Shown piece by piece: positions 20,710-31,105 of a DNA stretch of 64,000 nucleotides. The DNA lies in NCBI GenBank assembly GCA_963765765.1, contig CAVXYC010000018.1:111250-175249 (forward strand). The letters are read 5' to 3'. A model generated the notes under the pieces. It was not told where the DNA came from, did not search any database, and saw only the letters and a list, made by a program, of their open reading frames with translations. A program made the position numbers and the translations under genes. The number at the start of each line of letters is the position of its first letter. The stretch's first letter is position 1. Source of the stretch: an uncultured Chloroflexia bacterium (GTDB lineage: Bacteria > Chloroflexota > UBA6077 > JACCZL01).

Positions 20710-21540
20710 TTACGCCGAACCTGGCGTATCCTCCACACCTAAATCCACGATCTGCCGCCAGATTCGGTCACGCAAGCGGCCGAACGTCTCAGTGGCCATG
20801 GCGTCGTAGGTGCGTGGACGCGGCAGATCAACCGCGACGCGGTCGAGCACGGTGGCCGGGCGCGTTCCGAGTACCACGACCTGGTCTGAGAGAAATACGG
20901 CCTCGGTGAGGTTGTGAGTCACGAAGATAATCGTCTTGTGGGTCGCTTCCCAGATGCGCAGCACCTCGGCGCCCATGCGCATGCGCGTCTGTTCATCCAA
21001 CGCGGCAAACGGCTCATCCATGAGAAGCACACGCGGATCCTGAATGAGCCCGCGGGCGATGGCCACGCGCTGCTTCATTCCACCGGACAGCTCGCTGGGA
21101 TAGGCCTGCCTAAAGTCGGACAAGCGCACGAGGTCCAAGAACGCCGCGGCTCGATCGTAGCGCTCCTTTTTGGAAACCCCGCGCAGCTCCAATGGAAATG
21201 CCACGTTGTCCATCACCGAGCGCCAGGGCAGCAGGTTTGCTTCTTGAAAGATGACGCCTAACTGCTCCGGAGCGGGACCCGTGATGGGCTGACCATCCAC
21301 GCGCACCTCGCCAGCGGTTGGCTCGAGAAGCCCGGCAAGACACAGCAGCAACGTTGTCTTACCGCAGCCGCTGGGCCCGACGACCGCGACGAACGATCCC
21401 GGCGCTACGTCCAGTGATAGTCGATCAAAGACCGACAAAGGTCCATTGCGCGTCTGGTAAATCTTGCTGAGGTCGACAATCTGAACGCCAGCAGCGCCTG
21501 AACGGCCAGCATGCACAGGCGCTGACACCTCAGCCGTCAC
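20710..21540 (-). CDS. ABC transporter ATP-binding protein (nitrate/sulfonate/taurine NitT/TauT type)
   Basis: Walker A GPSGCGKTT, signature LSGGMKQR, Walker B LLMDEPF. Confidence 0.9.
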   Translation of the reverse strand: MTAEVSAPVHAGRSGAAGVQIVDLSKIYQTRNGPLSVFDRLSLDVAPGSFVAVVGPSGCGKTTLLLCLAGLLEPTAGEVRVDGQPITGPAPEQLGVIFQEANLLPWRSVMDNVAFPLELRGVSKKERYDRAAAFLDLVRLSDFRQAYPSELSGGMKQRVAIARGLIQDPRVLLMDEPFAALDEQTRMRMGAEVLRIWEATHKTIIFVTHNLTEAVFLSDQVVVLGTRPATVLDRVAVDLPRPRTYDAMATETFGRLRDRIWRQIVDLGVEDTPGSA

Positions 21541-22289
21541 GTCGCCCCCGCTCCACGCCAGCGCCCCACCCGGCCTTCGCAGAAGCGCAGTGCGCTATTC
21601 ACCGCGATAGCACCCACGGCGGCCAGCATCGCTCCGGCCAGCATCTTGGGCAGATCGTAGCTGGCTCCCCAGATGTTGATCATGCGCCCGAGGCCTCCGC
21701 GCGCCGCGTACATCTCGGCGAACAGAATGCCCCCGGCAGCGTAGATCACGCCGACGCGGACGCCCTGCAGAATCACGGGCAGCATGTATGGCAGATAGAT
21801 CTTGAGGTACATCTGACCGCGGCTGGCGCGTAGCGCTTTGCCTACCAGGGTAAGCCCCGAAGGAACGCCCTGCACCGCGACCAGCGTGGACACCGCCACG
21901 ACGAAGAACGCCTGGACCACGCCAAACACCACCTTTTGATTCATCCCAATGCCCAGTACGAGGATGAATAGCGGCAGGAACAGCGATTTCGGAACGGCCG
22001 TCCCCACGTACAACAGAGGCGCAAGCACTCGCCGCGCGGCGGGACTCTCGCCCACCAGAAATCCCAGGAGCACGCCAGTGGGCACGGCAAACAGCGTGGC
22101 CAGTACCAGCTCCTGCGTAGTGATCCAGATGCCATCCTGGACCCGCGGATCAGCCAGCACCACGGCCATCGCGGCAAACGCCTCGCTTGGCGCCGCCAGG
22201 ACCCGATTAGAGACGAGACCTGTGCGTACGACAAGCTCCCACAGACCGATGGCGAGCAGGATCGAGCCGAGCTGGGCGAGGCGAATCAT
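21537..22289 (-). CDS. ABC transporter permease (NitT/TauT type)
   Basis: Six hydrophobic segments and an EAA-like loop (ALRASRGQMYLKIYLPYMLP). 4-nt overlap with the ATPase gene. Confidence 0.85.
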   Translation of the reverse strand: MIRLAQLGSILLAIGLWELVVRTGLVSNRVLAAPSEAFAAMAVVLADPRVQDGIWITTQELVLATLFAVPTGVLLGFLVGESPAARRVLAPLLYVGTAVPKSLFLPLFILVLGIGMNQKVVFGVVQAFFVVAVSTLVAVQGVPSGLTLVGKALRASRGQMYLKIYLPYMLPVILQGVRVGVIYAAGGILFAEMYAARGGLGRMINIWGASYDLPKMLAGAMLAAVGAIAVNSALRFCEGRVGRWRGAGAT

Positions 22290-22383
22290 CGGGCTTCGCC
22301 GATGACGGACGACAGACGAGGGACGATCCCAACCACCAGGGGACCCAGTCCTCCGTCGTCCGTAATCCGTCGTTCAAACGGCA

Positions 22384-23470
22384 TCAGTCCAGCTTCACAG
22401 GCGTGAACTTGTCGGTAAAGAACTCAGCGGTTGGAGGTATATCGGAAAGCCCGCCCAGCTTTGCCAGGCTCAGCGAGTTCTCCAGCCACTCAGGCTGAAT
22501 CTTGCCGTCGTCCGTGAACCCGGGGAAGCACAGAAGTGCAGACCTTCGTCGCGATTCCGGCGTCCTGATTCGTGTGCTTGGCCACGAATGAGGTGCAATA
22601 GTCGGCGTTCTGCTTCATGTAGCGCAGTGACTCGAACACCGATTTCAGATACCGATTCACTGCCTCGGGGTTGTCATTGATGATCTTGTCCGAGGCAGCA
22701 ATGATGCTGGGCAGGTTCGGCGGCATGTCAGCCCCAAAGTGGAACACGGAGCGCACCTCGCCCTTTTCCAGGCCAGTAAATACCAGCGGAGGAGTCACGA
22801 CCCCGGAGTCGATCTGTCCGGCGATCACCGAGGGGTACAGAGCCGCGCTCCCGATGGGCACGATCTCCAGTTTGATGTCCTTGGTCTGTGCCAGCCACAA
22901 CGCGAAGAAGTCGGTGGTGCTGCCTTTGGCGGTCACGCCGACCTTCTTGCCGTTCAAGTCCTCGACCTTCTGAACGGGCGAGTTGGCCGCAACACCGATA
23001 TGCCATTCACTGGGACGGAATTGGTCAGTAGCGATGATCTTCTGCTTCACTCCCTTGCTCACGGCCGTGGCAATGCCGGGCGGGAAGTAATGAATGATGT
23101 CCGCCTCGCCAGCAGCCAGCGCCTCCTGGGCTGCTGAACCGCTGTTGTGGTCCGTGATGTCAGGCTTCAGACCGTTCTTGGCAAAGAAGCCGCGGTCCAC
23201 GGCGCCGTACACGTACGAGTAGTTCGCGCTACCGACGCCGATGAGTCCGACCTTGATCGGAATCTCAGTGGCCGGCTTGATCTCGGTCTTGGCCGCCTCC
23301 ACGGGCTTGGCCGCTTCCGCTGGCTTCGCCACTTCGGCTGGTTTGGCTGGCTCGCTCGGCTTGGCAGTGCTCGCTGGTCCGCTGGACGGCGCGCACGCCG
23401 TAAGAAAGCTCAATCCCGCGGCCAGCACGACCGCTCCGACGGAGTTGCGTGAACGAGACTGACGCTGCAT
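22384..23470 (-). pseudogene. ABC substrate-binding protein (NMT1/SsuA-like lipoprotein); frame change near 22527-22532
   Basis: LTAC lipobox and PAKPAEVAKPAEAAKP linker in ORF 22490..23470. The C-terminus FPGFTDDGKIQPEWLENSLSLAKLGG..PVKLD continues in another frame to 22384. Confidence 0.75.
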
Positions 23471-23495
23471 GATCCCCCCTTTGTTCGACGACCGA

Positions 23496-24302
23496 TTACG
23501 CCTGCCAGCCGGAAACGCGCCGCTCGAGCCAGCTCATACCTGCGTTTGTACCGATGGCGAGGCCGAGCCCCAAGAGGATGCCGAAGTACACCCGCGGGGC
23601 ATCGAGCGTCTCACGTGCGTGGCTAATGAGATAGCCGATCCCGCCAAACGAGCTGAGCATCTCGCCGATGATGATGCCGATGACGACCAGACCGAGTCCC
23701 ACACGCAATCCGGCGATGATCTGCGGCAACGCAAACGGGAAGAGCACCTTGAAATACATCTGTCGCCGCGATGCGCCCAAAGCGCGAGCCAGGAGGACGT
23801 AGCGTTGATCGACGATCGAGACGGCCGCCGCGGTGGCCAGCAGGATCGGAAAGATCGCGTGCACGCCGGCAAACAAGATCTTGGATGGCGACCCGATGCC
23901 GAACCACACCACGGAGAGTGGGTAGAAGACTACCCAGGGAAGCGCAAAGGTCGAGTCCAGCAGTGGCGTCAATACACGCATCGTCGTCTTCGAGCTGCCA
24001 ACGAGCACGCCGAATCCAACCCCGAAGACAACGGCAATGGCAGATCCCGCCAGAATCTCAACTGCGGTAACCTGAAGCCCGTTGGCAAATGAGCCGAAGT
24101 CCGTGATACCAGCGACCAGGACCGCCGACGGCGCCGGCAGGATGATGCTGTGCACCAGGTCGAGCGCCGCGATCAGTTCCCAGATGCCGACAAATGCGAC
24201 GATCGCCAAGACTCGGCCACTGAGTCCCAAACGCGTGAGACGCCCAAGGCCGGACGGTAAGCCAGCCTCAATCCAGGGTGTCGCCCGAGATGCCATGACC
24301 AC
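23496..24302 (-). CDS. ABC transporter permease (NitT/TauT type), second copy
   Basis: 268-aa hydrophobic ORF with the EAA-like loop ARALGASRRQMYFKVLFPFALP. Confidence 0.85.
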   Translation of the reverse strand: MVMASRATPWIEAGLPSGLGRLTRLGLSGRVLAIVAFVGIWELIAALDLVHSIILPAPSAVLVAGITDFGSFANGLQVTAVEILAGSAIAVVFGVGFGVLVGSSKTTMRVLTPLLDSTFALPWVVFYPLSVVWFGIGSPSKILFAGVHAIFPILLATAAAVSIVDQRYVLLARALGASRRQMYFKVLFPFALPQIIAGLRVGLGLVVIGIIIGEMLSSFGGIGYLISHARETLDAPRVYFGILLGLGLAIGTNAGMSWLERRVSGWQA

Positions 24303-24404
24303 GCTCCATTGCGCCTCTGCCCGTACTCGCCGGGCAACCGCGGCACAGTGAATTAGCCTAGCACCTAGCAGTGCGAGTGTCTACGAATTCGCAATAGCGC
24401 CGGT

Positions 24405-24595
24405 GTGGGACCAAAGGGACGTCAGGGATACAAAGCACATTGAGCCGAACAGATCTTCAAGAATCCGGCTCGCTCCCTGCCGCAGCGAGAATGCCGGGTT
24501 ACCCAATCAGGGATCGGTCTCCTTGCCGAATCGTTCCAGGAGAGGAGGGCCGTGACGCAACATGCTTCATTGACCTTTGTGTCCCTTTGGTCTCA
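24405..24595. repeat. about 190-bp element with imperfect terminal inverted repeats (MITE-like)
   Basis: gtgggaccaaagggac..gggatacaaagcacattgag at the left end versus cttcattgacctttgtgtccctttggtctcac at the right. Lies in the divergent promoter region between the ABC operon and the Rieske gene. Confidence 0.5.
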
Positions 24596-24675
24596 CACCA
24601 CGTGACTTCGTTGACTTGGCCACCGCGTCAACCTATGATCCAGACACTTGAAGGCATGCGCCGGAGGTTTCTTGG

Positions 24676-25887
24676 ATGCTGACTAAAGAGGCGAATGAAC
24701 GTTTGACGCGAGTTGGGCCGGGAACGCCCATGGGCAACCTTCTGCGCCGCTACTGGCACCCCATCACCACAGTGATCGAGCTCGAGAAGGAGCCAGTGCT
24801 GGCGGTCAAGCTACTGGGGGAGAACCTGGCGCTGTACCGATCGCCCGATGGCGCGCTGGGACTCGTGGCCGAACGCTGCCCGCACCGCGGCGCCAGCATG
24901 GTCTACGGCATTCCCGAGGACGGCGGCTTGCGTTGTCCGTACCACGGTTGGAAATTCAGCGATGAGGGCGTTTGCCTGGAGCAGCCCGCCGAGCCGGCCG
25001 AGAGCACCTTCAGGCATCGCGTACGCATCCCCGCGTATCCCGTCCAGGAGCTGGGTGGACTGATCTGGGCATACCTCGGGCCAGCCCCCGCCCCGCTGCT
25101 CCCACGCTGGGACATCCTTGTGCGCGACGATCTGAACCGCCGCGTCGGCATCAGTCACGTTCCGTGCAATTGGCTGCAGTGCATGGAGAACTCGATGGAC
25201 CCGATCCACTTCGAGTGGCTCCATGCTTACTATGGGAACTACGTCCAGCGGAAGCAGGGCAAGCCGGAGGCTATGACCGTGCGCCGGCATCTCCGCATCG
25301 CGTTCGACGTCTACAAATATGGGATCTCCAAGCGGCGACTGCTCGAGGGCGACACGGAGGAGTCGGATGATTGGACGGTCGGCCACCCGATTCTGATTCC
25401 GAACATCCTGGCGGTCGGCGATAGCCATGGGCCGGGATTCCAGATTCGCGTGCCGGTGGACGACACGCACACGCTGCACTACTGGTACCAGACTCGTCCG
25501 CACGGTCCAGAGAATGAGCCGCGGGCCAACATGATTTACGACTATCCCTGCATCCACCCGGACGGAAAGATCGTCGTCGAGAGCGTGGGCGCCCAGGACA
25601 TGATGGCATGGATTACCCAGGGCCCCATCTCACTACGCGAGGCCGAACGGTTGGGCACGTCCGATAAGGGCGTCATCCTTTATCGCAGCGTGCTGATGGA
25701 GCAGATGGAGAAGGTGGCCCGAGGCGAAGATCCGATGGGCGTCATCCGCGATCCCGCCGAGAACGATCCCATGATCGTGATTCCGCGCGAGGGACAGACG
25801 CTACGTGCCTTCGAGATACGTCGCGACCTGACCGAACAGAACATGAAGCACATGATCGATCAAGGGGTCACCGCTACGGAGAGTTAA
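24676..25887 (+). CDS. Rieske [2Fe-2S] non-haem-iron oxygenase (intact paralog)
   Basis: CPHRGASM..CPYHGWKF Rieske motif and mononuclear-iron region NWLQCMENSMDPIHFEWLHAYY. RBS ggagg. Confidence 0.9.
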   Translation: MLTKEANERLTRVGPGTPMGNLLRRYWHPITTVIELEKEPVLAVKLLGENLALYRSPDGALGLVAERCPHRGASMVYGIPEDGGLRCPYHGWKFSDEGVCLEQPAEPAESTFRHRVRIPAYPVQELGGLIWAYLGPAPAPLLPRWDILVRDDLNRRVGISHVPCNWLQCMENSMDPIHFEWLHAYYGNYVQRKQGKPEAMTVRRHLRIAFDVYKYGISKRRLLEGDTEESDDWTVGHPILIPNILAVGDSHGPGFQIRVPVDDTHTLHYWYQTRPHGPENEPRANMIYDYPCIHPDGKIVVESVGAQDMMAWITQGPISLREAERLGTSDKGVILYRSVLMEQMEKVARGEDPMGVIRDPAENDPMIVIPREGQTLRAFEIRRDLTEQNMKHMIDQGVTATES

Positions 25888-25909
25888 GTTAGTTCAACCG
25901 TACTGACAT

Positions 25910-25944
25910 AAGGCCGCGAGCACCGCCTTGCGGCCTTTGTTGTT
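25910..25944 (+). terminator. rho-independent-type terminator
   Basis: aaggccgc ... gcggcctt stem followed by tgttgtt, 23 nt after the stop. Confidence 0.6.
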
Positions 25945-26104
25945 GCGCCCTTAGGGCGCAAGTGTGGCTTGGTTTCTCAACGCCCGTAGCAGTCGGCACA
26001 CCGCGCAATTCAATGGCGTGGGTCAGGACCTACTGAGCGCCATCGCCGTGCAGGAGGCTCACAACCGTGTGTTGACACATCATGAGGCTCGTAGTGAGCG
26101 CTTC

Positions 26105-26269
26105 ATAGGACTCCGTTAAGTCGTAATTTCCGAGTCATGGTGCCCGGAAAGTGTCCACATTCATGCTGATTTGGCGTCACCGGTCCAACGTTTTCAGCGA
26201 ATCTGCCGGCCTTGTTGGGCGGAATGACCCATTGGGGTCGCAGCATCCTTACGGTTAACGGAGTCCTAT
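26105..26269. mobile_element. 165-bp element with perfect 15-bp terminal inverted repeats (MITE candidate)
   Basis: ataggactccgttaa (26105-26119) versus ttaacggagtcctat (26255-26269). The interior is visibly lower in GC than the flanks. Only a non-convincing ORF (26103..26387) overlaps it. Confidence 0.55.
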
Positions 26270-26454
26270 TCAGCGCCTTTTCGTCGATAGGTACAAGCAA
26301 GCGCAGCAATGCGACGAGCGACATCGGAGGCCAACCGTCCGTACCAGCTATCGGCAGCCGCATCGCTGCACTTGCTTTCGACATCACGAAAAAGCGCTGA
26401 AGCGACCACTACAAGCCTGGGTGTGAGCCATGCGTTAACCGGATTGGATTGCTT

Positions 26455-28209
26455 CTATGCCGCGCCGCTCGAGAGCTCGGTGCGCGTTAGCTTTCGGGTG
26501 AGCAAGACGCAGCCCATGATGATCGCCGTCATGATGATGGCTACCACGCTCGCCCGCTCAACCGCTCCGTTCTGCCAGAGGCTGAAAAGCAGAGTCGAGT
26601 ACACGACCGACTTCGGACCGGTCAGGAACGCAACGAGGGCAAGCTCGCCGAACGAATACACGAACCCAATGATCCAGCCCGCCACGAAGCCGTTCTTGAC
26701 CAGAGGCAAAATGATCTGTCGGAACGCCTGCGACCAGGAGGCACCGAGAACTCTGGCCGACTCTTCCAGCTCCTTATCGAGCTGAATGATGGTCGAGCTC
26801 ATGATCCGCGTCTTGACCGGCATACTTCGGATTACGTGCGCGATGACCAGGATCGCCAGCGATCCGTAGAGGATTGACATGGGCGAGAAGAGCACTGCCC
26901 ACAGCATGCCCAGGCCCAGAATCAGTGATGGCATGCCCCAGGGAATCCAGGCCGCGATCTCGAGTGCCTTACGTCCTCGAAACCGCGTGCGCGTGACGAC
27001 GTAGCCAACCAATGAAGCCACAGTCATGCCGATCGTGGATGATGCCACGCACAATATGAGGGTGTTCATCAACGCGGTCTGCGGCAATTTGAGGTTGAGA
27101 ATCGCATTCCAGTTATCCATCGTGTAGCCAATACTGGAGAAGAGGTTGACGCCAGCGGTGCGCATGAAGCTGCTCTGAACGAGCACAATGGCTGGCAGAA
27201 CAAGGCCAACGAAGAGAAAGGTTGCCACAAGCGCAAATGCTGGCCAGCGCAGTATGCCAAGCTGGATGGTGCGTGCCGAATAGCTACGCCCACCCACGGT
27301 TGCGTAGCTGCGATTTCCAACCACTCGCCAGTTCATGACCACCAGCAGTAGGGCCATCACCAGCATCAGAAATGCTAGTGTGAACGCGGAAGGGTAGTCG
27401 GCCGGCACCGTCTCATTCAGCAGCTGGTAGATCCGATTCGTGAATACGAAGATGCCGGCTTGCGTACCCAGAAATACCTCAGTCTCAAACGACGACAGCA
27501 TGAGCAGGAGCGCCAGGACAAAAGCGCTCATGATGGCCGGGCGCATCAACGGAAACGTAATTGATCCCAGAACCTTGCGCGGCGCAGCGCCGCAGACCTG
27601 CGCGGATTCTTCGAGCGAGGCGTCCATCGCGCGGAATGCGGGTAGCATGAACACGGTCAGGAAGGGAGCGATTCCAATGACCGAGGCGAATATGACTCCT
27701 GCGTAGGAATAGATATCGAGCGGCCCCCGGTCCACGTTTATGAACGGAAGCAGTCTCAGGAGCTGATTGAGGTATCCCGTCTGCGGACTGGCGAGAATTG
27801 TCCAGGTGAGAAGCTTTCCGAGTCCCGGGAAGAAGAAGCTGAGGACAACCAGGAACTCGAGCTGGCGCCGGAAGGGGCAATTCGTGCGGGCAAGGATCCA
27901 CGATAGTGTGACGGCTGTGCCCAGAGCGAACACAACTCGTACAATCGCAAGCCATAGCGTGGTCCAGGCGATGTTCCAGGTGGACGGATCATTCACCGCC
28001 GTGGCCAGCCCCTGAAGGGTCCAGGTCCCTTCACGACCGGGCGAATTGTCCCGCACGGCCGAGATGACGATGACCGCCGCCGGCGTGATGGTCAGCACGG
28101 CAATGATCACGAGGAGCAGCCACATCAGGGCTGTCCCCATGTCAAATTGCCGTACGGGCTTTAAGGCGACCGGCCTCTCGGCCGGTGAAGCACTAACCGC
28201 TGAGCTCAC
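26455..28209 (-). CDS. ABC transporter permease, fused two-domain iron(III)/thiamine-type
   Basis: 584-aa ORF with about 12 TM segments and two EAA-like loops (SLEESAQVCGAAPRKVLGSITFPLMRP; LEESARVLGASWSQAFRQIILPLVK). Confidence 0.85.
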   Translation of the reverse strand: MSSAVSASPAERPVALKPVRQFDMGTALMWLLLVIIAVLTITPAAVIVISAVRDNSPGREGTWTLQGLATAVNDPSTWNIAWTTLWLAIVRVVFALGTAVTLSWILARTNCPFRRQLEFLVVLSFFFPGLGKLLTWTILASPQTGYLNQLLRLLPFINVDRGPLDIYSYAGVIFASVIGIAPFLTVFMLPAFRAMDASLEESAQVCGAAPRKVLGSITFPLMRPAIMSAFVLALLLMLSSFETEVFLGTQAGIFVFTNRIYQLLNETVPADYPSAFTLAFLMLVMALLLVVMNWRVVGNRSYATVGGRSYSARTIQLGILRWPAFALVATFLFVGLVLPAIVLVQSSFMRTAGVNLFSSIGYTMDNWNAILNLKLPQTALMNTLILCVASSTIGMTVASLVGYVVTRTRFRGRKALEIAAWIPWGMPSLILGLGMLWAVLFSPMSILYGSLAILVIAHVIRSMPVKTRIMSSTIIQLDKELEESARVLGASWSQAFRQIILPLVKNGFVAGWIIGFVYSFGELALVAFLTGPKSVVYSTLLFSLWQNGAVERASVVAIIMTAIIMGCVLLTRKLTRTELSSGAA

Positions 28210-28254
28210 GGGCGGAGACGCCGGTATATTGTCAAACGCTCAACGGAGCGCATT

Positions 28255-29415
28255 CTAATAATCGAAGAGCTTGCCATCCGTGATCCATTTGATGTTTTCA
28301 CGGGTGGGCAGCTCGTGCTGGTCGTCATACCAGAACATCTGCGGGTGCGTTTCGGGCGCAACGCTCGGGTGGATCGGCACGTCCTTGCGCGCGACCGCTT
28401 CGCCATTCTGAGCGAGAAACTCCTGGGCGGGCTTGGTCAACCAGAACTCAGCCCACACCTTTGCCGCGTTGGTATTCGGTCCGCCCTTCACCGTGACCGG
28501 AATGGTCTGCGTGATGGTGCATCCCGGCAGCGGGCAATGCGTGATGACCGGGTCCTTGTTCTCCGTGTTCTTGAACGTCGGACCCACACCGATGACCGCG
28601 TGAAATTCGCCGCGGAGCACCGGGTCCATCGTGGCCACATTGACGATTCTTGGCTTGTACGAGGCCAGCGTACGCACCCACTCATCACCATATTCAGCCT
28701 GGTTCAAGATCCGCAAGCCGTAGGAGAGGATGTGTCCGTGTCCGCCACTCAGTCGCGGATCATAGAGCGCCACGAGGTTGCGCTTGAACAGGTCGACCCA
28801 GAACGGGTCCCTCAAGACATCCCACCACGTTTTGGGCAGCTTGTCCTCAGGCACGAGGCTCGTGTTCACACCAAGCCCGGTAGGGCTAGCCTGCCAGACA
28901 GTCAGCTTGGTTTGACTGAGAACGATCGGGAAGTGATATTCCACCGACGGGTCCAGCGCTGACGGCGGGACAAACGACTCCGAGACGCCACGTCCGGCGA
29001 GGTTGCGCGCAGAAGTGCCGCCGCAGAGGAAGCTGTCAGCCTGAATTTTACCGGCGGCGGCTTCCGCGGCGATCTTCTCCACCTGGGCGTTGCCGGGTCC
29101 GTAAATATAGTTGACGGTGATGTCTGGGTACGTCTTCTGGAAGAAGTTCACCATAGGCTCGCCCTCATCCGCCTGGCGACAGGTGTACCAATTCATCTCC
29201 CCTTCCTTTTTCGCGGCGGGGACGATGACGGTGTCGAACTCGGCGCGGGCCTGCTGGTAGGCTGCCTGAGCCGGAGTGAGGTTGGCCACCTGCTGCGGTG
29301 AGAGCGTGGGCGCAGCGGTGGGAGCCGCGGCCGTTTGACTCTGGCACGCCGAGAGCACCAATGATCCAACGACGGCCAGCGCTCCAAGCGCTTGACCTAA
29401 TTGCAATCTCTTCAC
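28255..29415 (-). CDS. ABC transporter substrate-binding lipoprotein (family 1, Fe3+-type)
   Basis: Signal plus LSAC lipobox; located directly upstream of the fused permease. Confidence 0.75.
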   Translation of the reverse strand: MKRLQLGQALGALAVVGSLVLSACQSQTAAAPTAAPTLSPQQVANLTPAQAAYQQARAEFDTVIVPAAKKEGEMNWYTCRQADEGEPMVNFFQKTYPDITVNYIYGPGNAQVEKIAAEAAAGKIQADSFLCGGTSARNLAGRGVSESFVPPSALDPSVEYHFPIVLSQTKLTVWQASPTGLGVNTSLVPEDKLPKTWWDVLRDPFWVDLFKRNLVALYDPRLSGGHGHILSYGLRILNQAEYGDEWVRTLASYKPRIVNVATMDPVLRGEFHAVIGVGPTFKNTENKDPVITHCPLPGCTITQTIPVTVKGGPNTNAAKVWAEFWLTKPAQEFLAQNGEAVARKDVPIHPSVAPETHPQMFWYDDQHELPTRENIKWITDGKLFDY

Positions 29416-29521
29416 AGACGTTCTCCTTGCATCATTGCGTGAGGGCCGAGGCAGGCTTCGATTCTATGCCCGGGCCGACAAGCGCACAAGGATTTGAAGG
29501 TGCAGCAGGCCAGACCGTTCG

Positions 29522-29613
29522 GACCGCGGCGGTCTTCGCTGCTTTCCCGCCGGCTGGAAGCCGATGGCGGACGCGCTCCGCGCTCGTAGAAAGCGGCGAA
29601 GACGGCCGCAGTC
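29522..29613. repeat. palindromic element T1 (gcggcggtcttcgc family)
   Basis: gaccgcggcggtcttcgctgctttc ... gaaagcggcgaagacggccgcagtc. Same family as 43350-43455. Confidence 0.8.
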
Positions 29614-29687
29614 AAAAGCCGTTCATCAAGAAGAGCGGGACTGATCGAAATCAGTCCCGCTCTTCAGTTCTGGCTATCTTCGTAGAT

Positions 29688-30900
29688 CTAGCGGAAGAAC
29701 GCCTTGTCGAAGATGTCGATGAACTCGTTGTTGCGGGAAACCTGGTCGTCCGTCCGCTTGGAAGGGTTCACCTCCTCGAGCGGCGGCTGTCCGGCCGGTG
29801 GCGGGTAGCCCGGCAGGACGGAGTAAACATTGCGCTTGTCCACGACGACCTTCTGCCCTCGGGAGAAAGGATCCAGGAATGAACATCTTCGCAGCGTCCT
29901 GACCGGGCGCACCCTTGACGACGCCGATGGTGCTCTCCTGGATCGTCGTTCCGCCATCCTTCATGTAGAACACCTTGACCGGGGCCGCCTGCTGGAGATC
30001 CAACAGCTCCGAGGTGACCGACGCTGGATAGAACAGCGAGTATTCACCCCGCGCGACCTGGCTTGGCGCATTGTCGCGGTCACGTGTAAAGGTCGGCTCC
30101 TGGGCCTTGAGGTCTGCCAGCCACTGGTCGCCGAGCTGGACGTAGTTCACCGTGCCAACGTCCAGGCCGGGGCCATTGCCTCGAGGATCCTCGAGGAGCA
30201 GCTTGCCCTTGCCCTTGAAGAAGGGAGTCAGGAGGTCCGTGCGCTTTGTCGGGATCCTATCCGCGGGAACGAGCTCGGTGTTGACGATTCCGGAAAAGAG
30301 GCTGAAGCTGTGCGACCAGCGCGTCTTTCCCTCGGTCAAGCCGGCCGGCGGAATGTACGGCGCGGTGGGCGGCCCTTCCCACTCCGTCAGGTCACCCTGC
30401 TTGTCAAAGGTTGACATGGTCGTCTGCCCATGCGTCACCAGGTTAGCGATCAGCTTACCGCTGGCCTTCTCGGCCGCGAGGCGCTGGAGCATCCCGGGCC
30501 CAAGAAGGTTGACCTTCTCCATGGAGATATCAGGGTACTTCTTGCGGAACTCGGAGATGACATCGTTCCAATCCTCAGCGAGTCCACCATAGATGACCAG
30601 GTTGGTCTCACCCGAGGCCTTGGCCTTCTGGTAATAGCCATTGATAACGGCGTCATTGTCGGCCTGCGAAGGGAGCGGACCGCCCCTCGCCGGCGGAGGA
30701 ATGTTCGGCAGAGCCCCGCCAGAGGTCCCTGCTGCCGCTGCCGGCGAAGCCGCGGCGCCTGGTGAAGCCGCCGCGGCTGGCGATGCAGCGGCCGCGGGGG
30801 CAGACGTCGGCTTGGCCGGCGCGGCGGTTGGACTCGCGGGCGCCGGCGAGCTGCAGGCTACGGCAAGCAGCGACGCGAGCAAAAGGACAATTGCGCGCAT
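29688..30900 (-). pseudogene. ABC substrate-binding lipoprotein (family 1); two closely spaced frame changes near 29850-29885
   Basis: LAVAC lipobox and Ala/Pro linker. ...AAKMFI (ORF 29674..31113), then SWILSPEG in an unlisted frame, then QKVVVDKRNVY..DKAFFR (frame of ORF 29688..29957). Confidence 0.75.
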
Positions 30901-31105
30901 TCCTGAGATACCCTCCATCGGGGTCCGGGTCAAATTGCTTTTGCAATCAGCCAGTGGACTTTTGAACCTCTTATAGTAGCGTGAGCGAGGAGAAAAGACG
31001 CAATAAATTCCGATCGCTTGCCAAAGCGCTGGGCGAGTTCCGAGGTGCTCCGCGCCTGAGCTACACTCATTTCCGCCTGAAACCATCAGAAAGACGGAGA
31101 AATCT

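Noticed and set aside
30960-31105. SAM or cobalamin riboswitch upstream of the MetE-like gene
   Set aside because: A ctcttat.. string is present, but the conserved SAM-I core (GGCCCGATGA-type junction) and the B12 box are absent. Without a covariance-model scan I cannot support the call.
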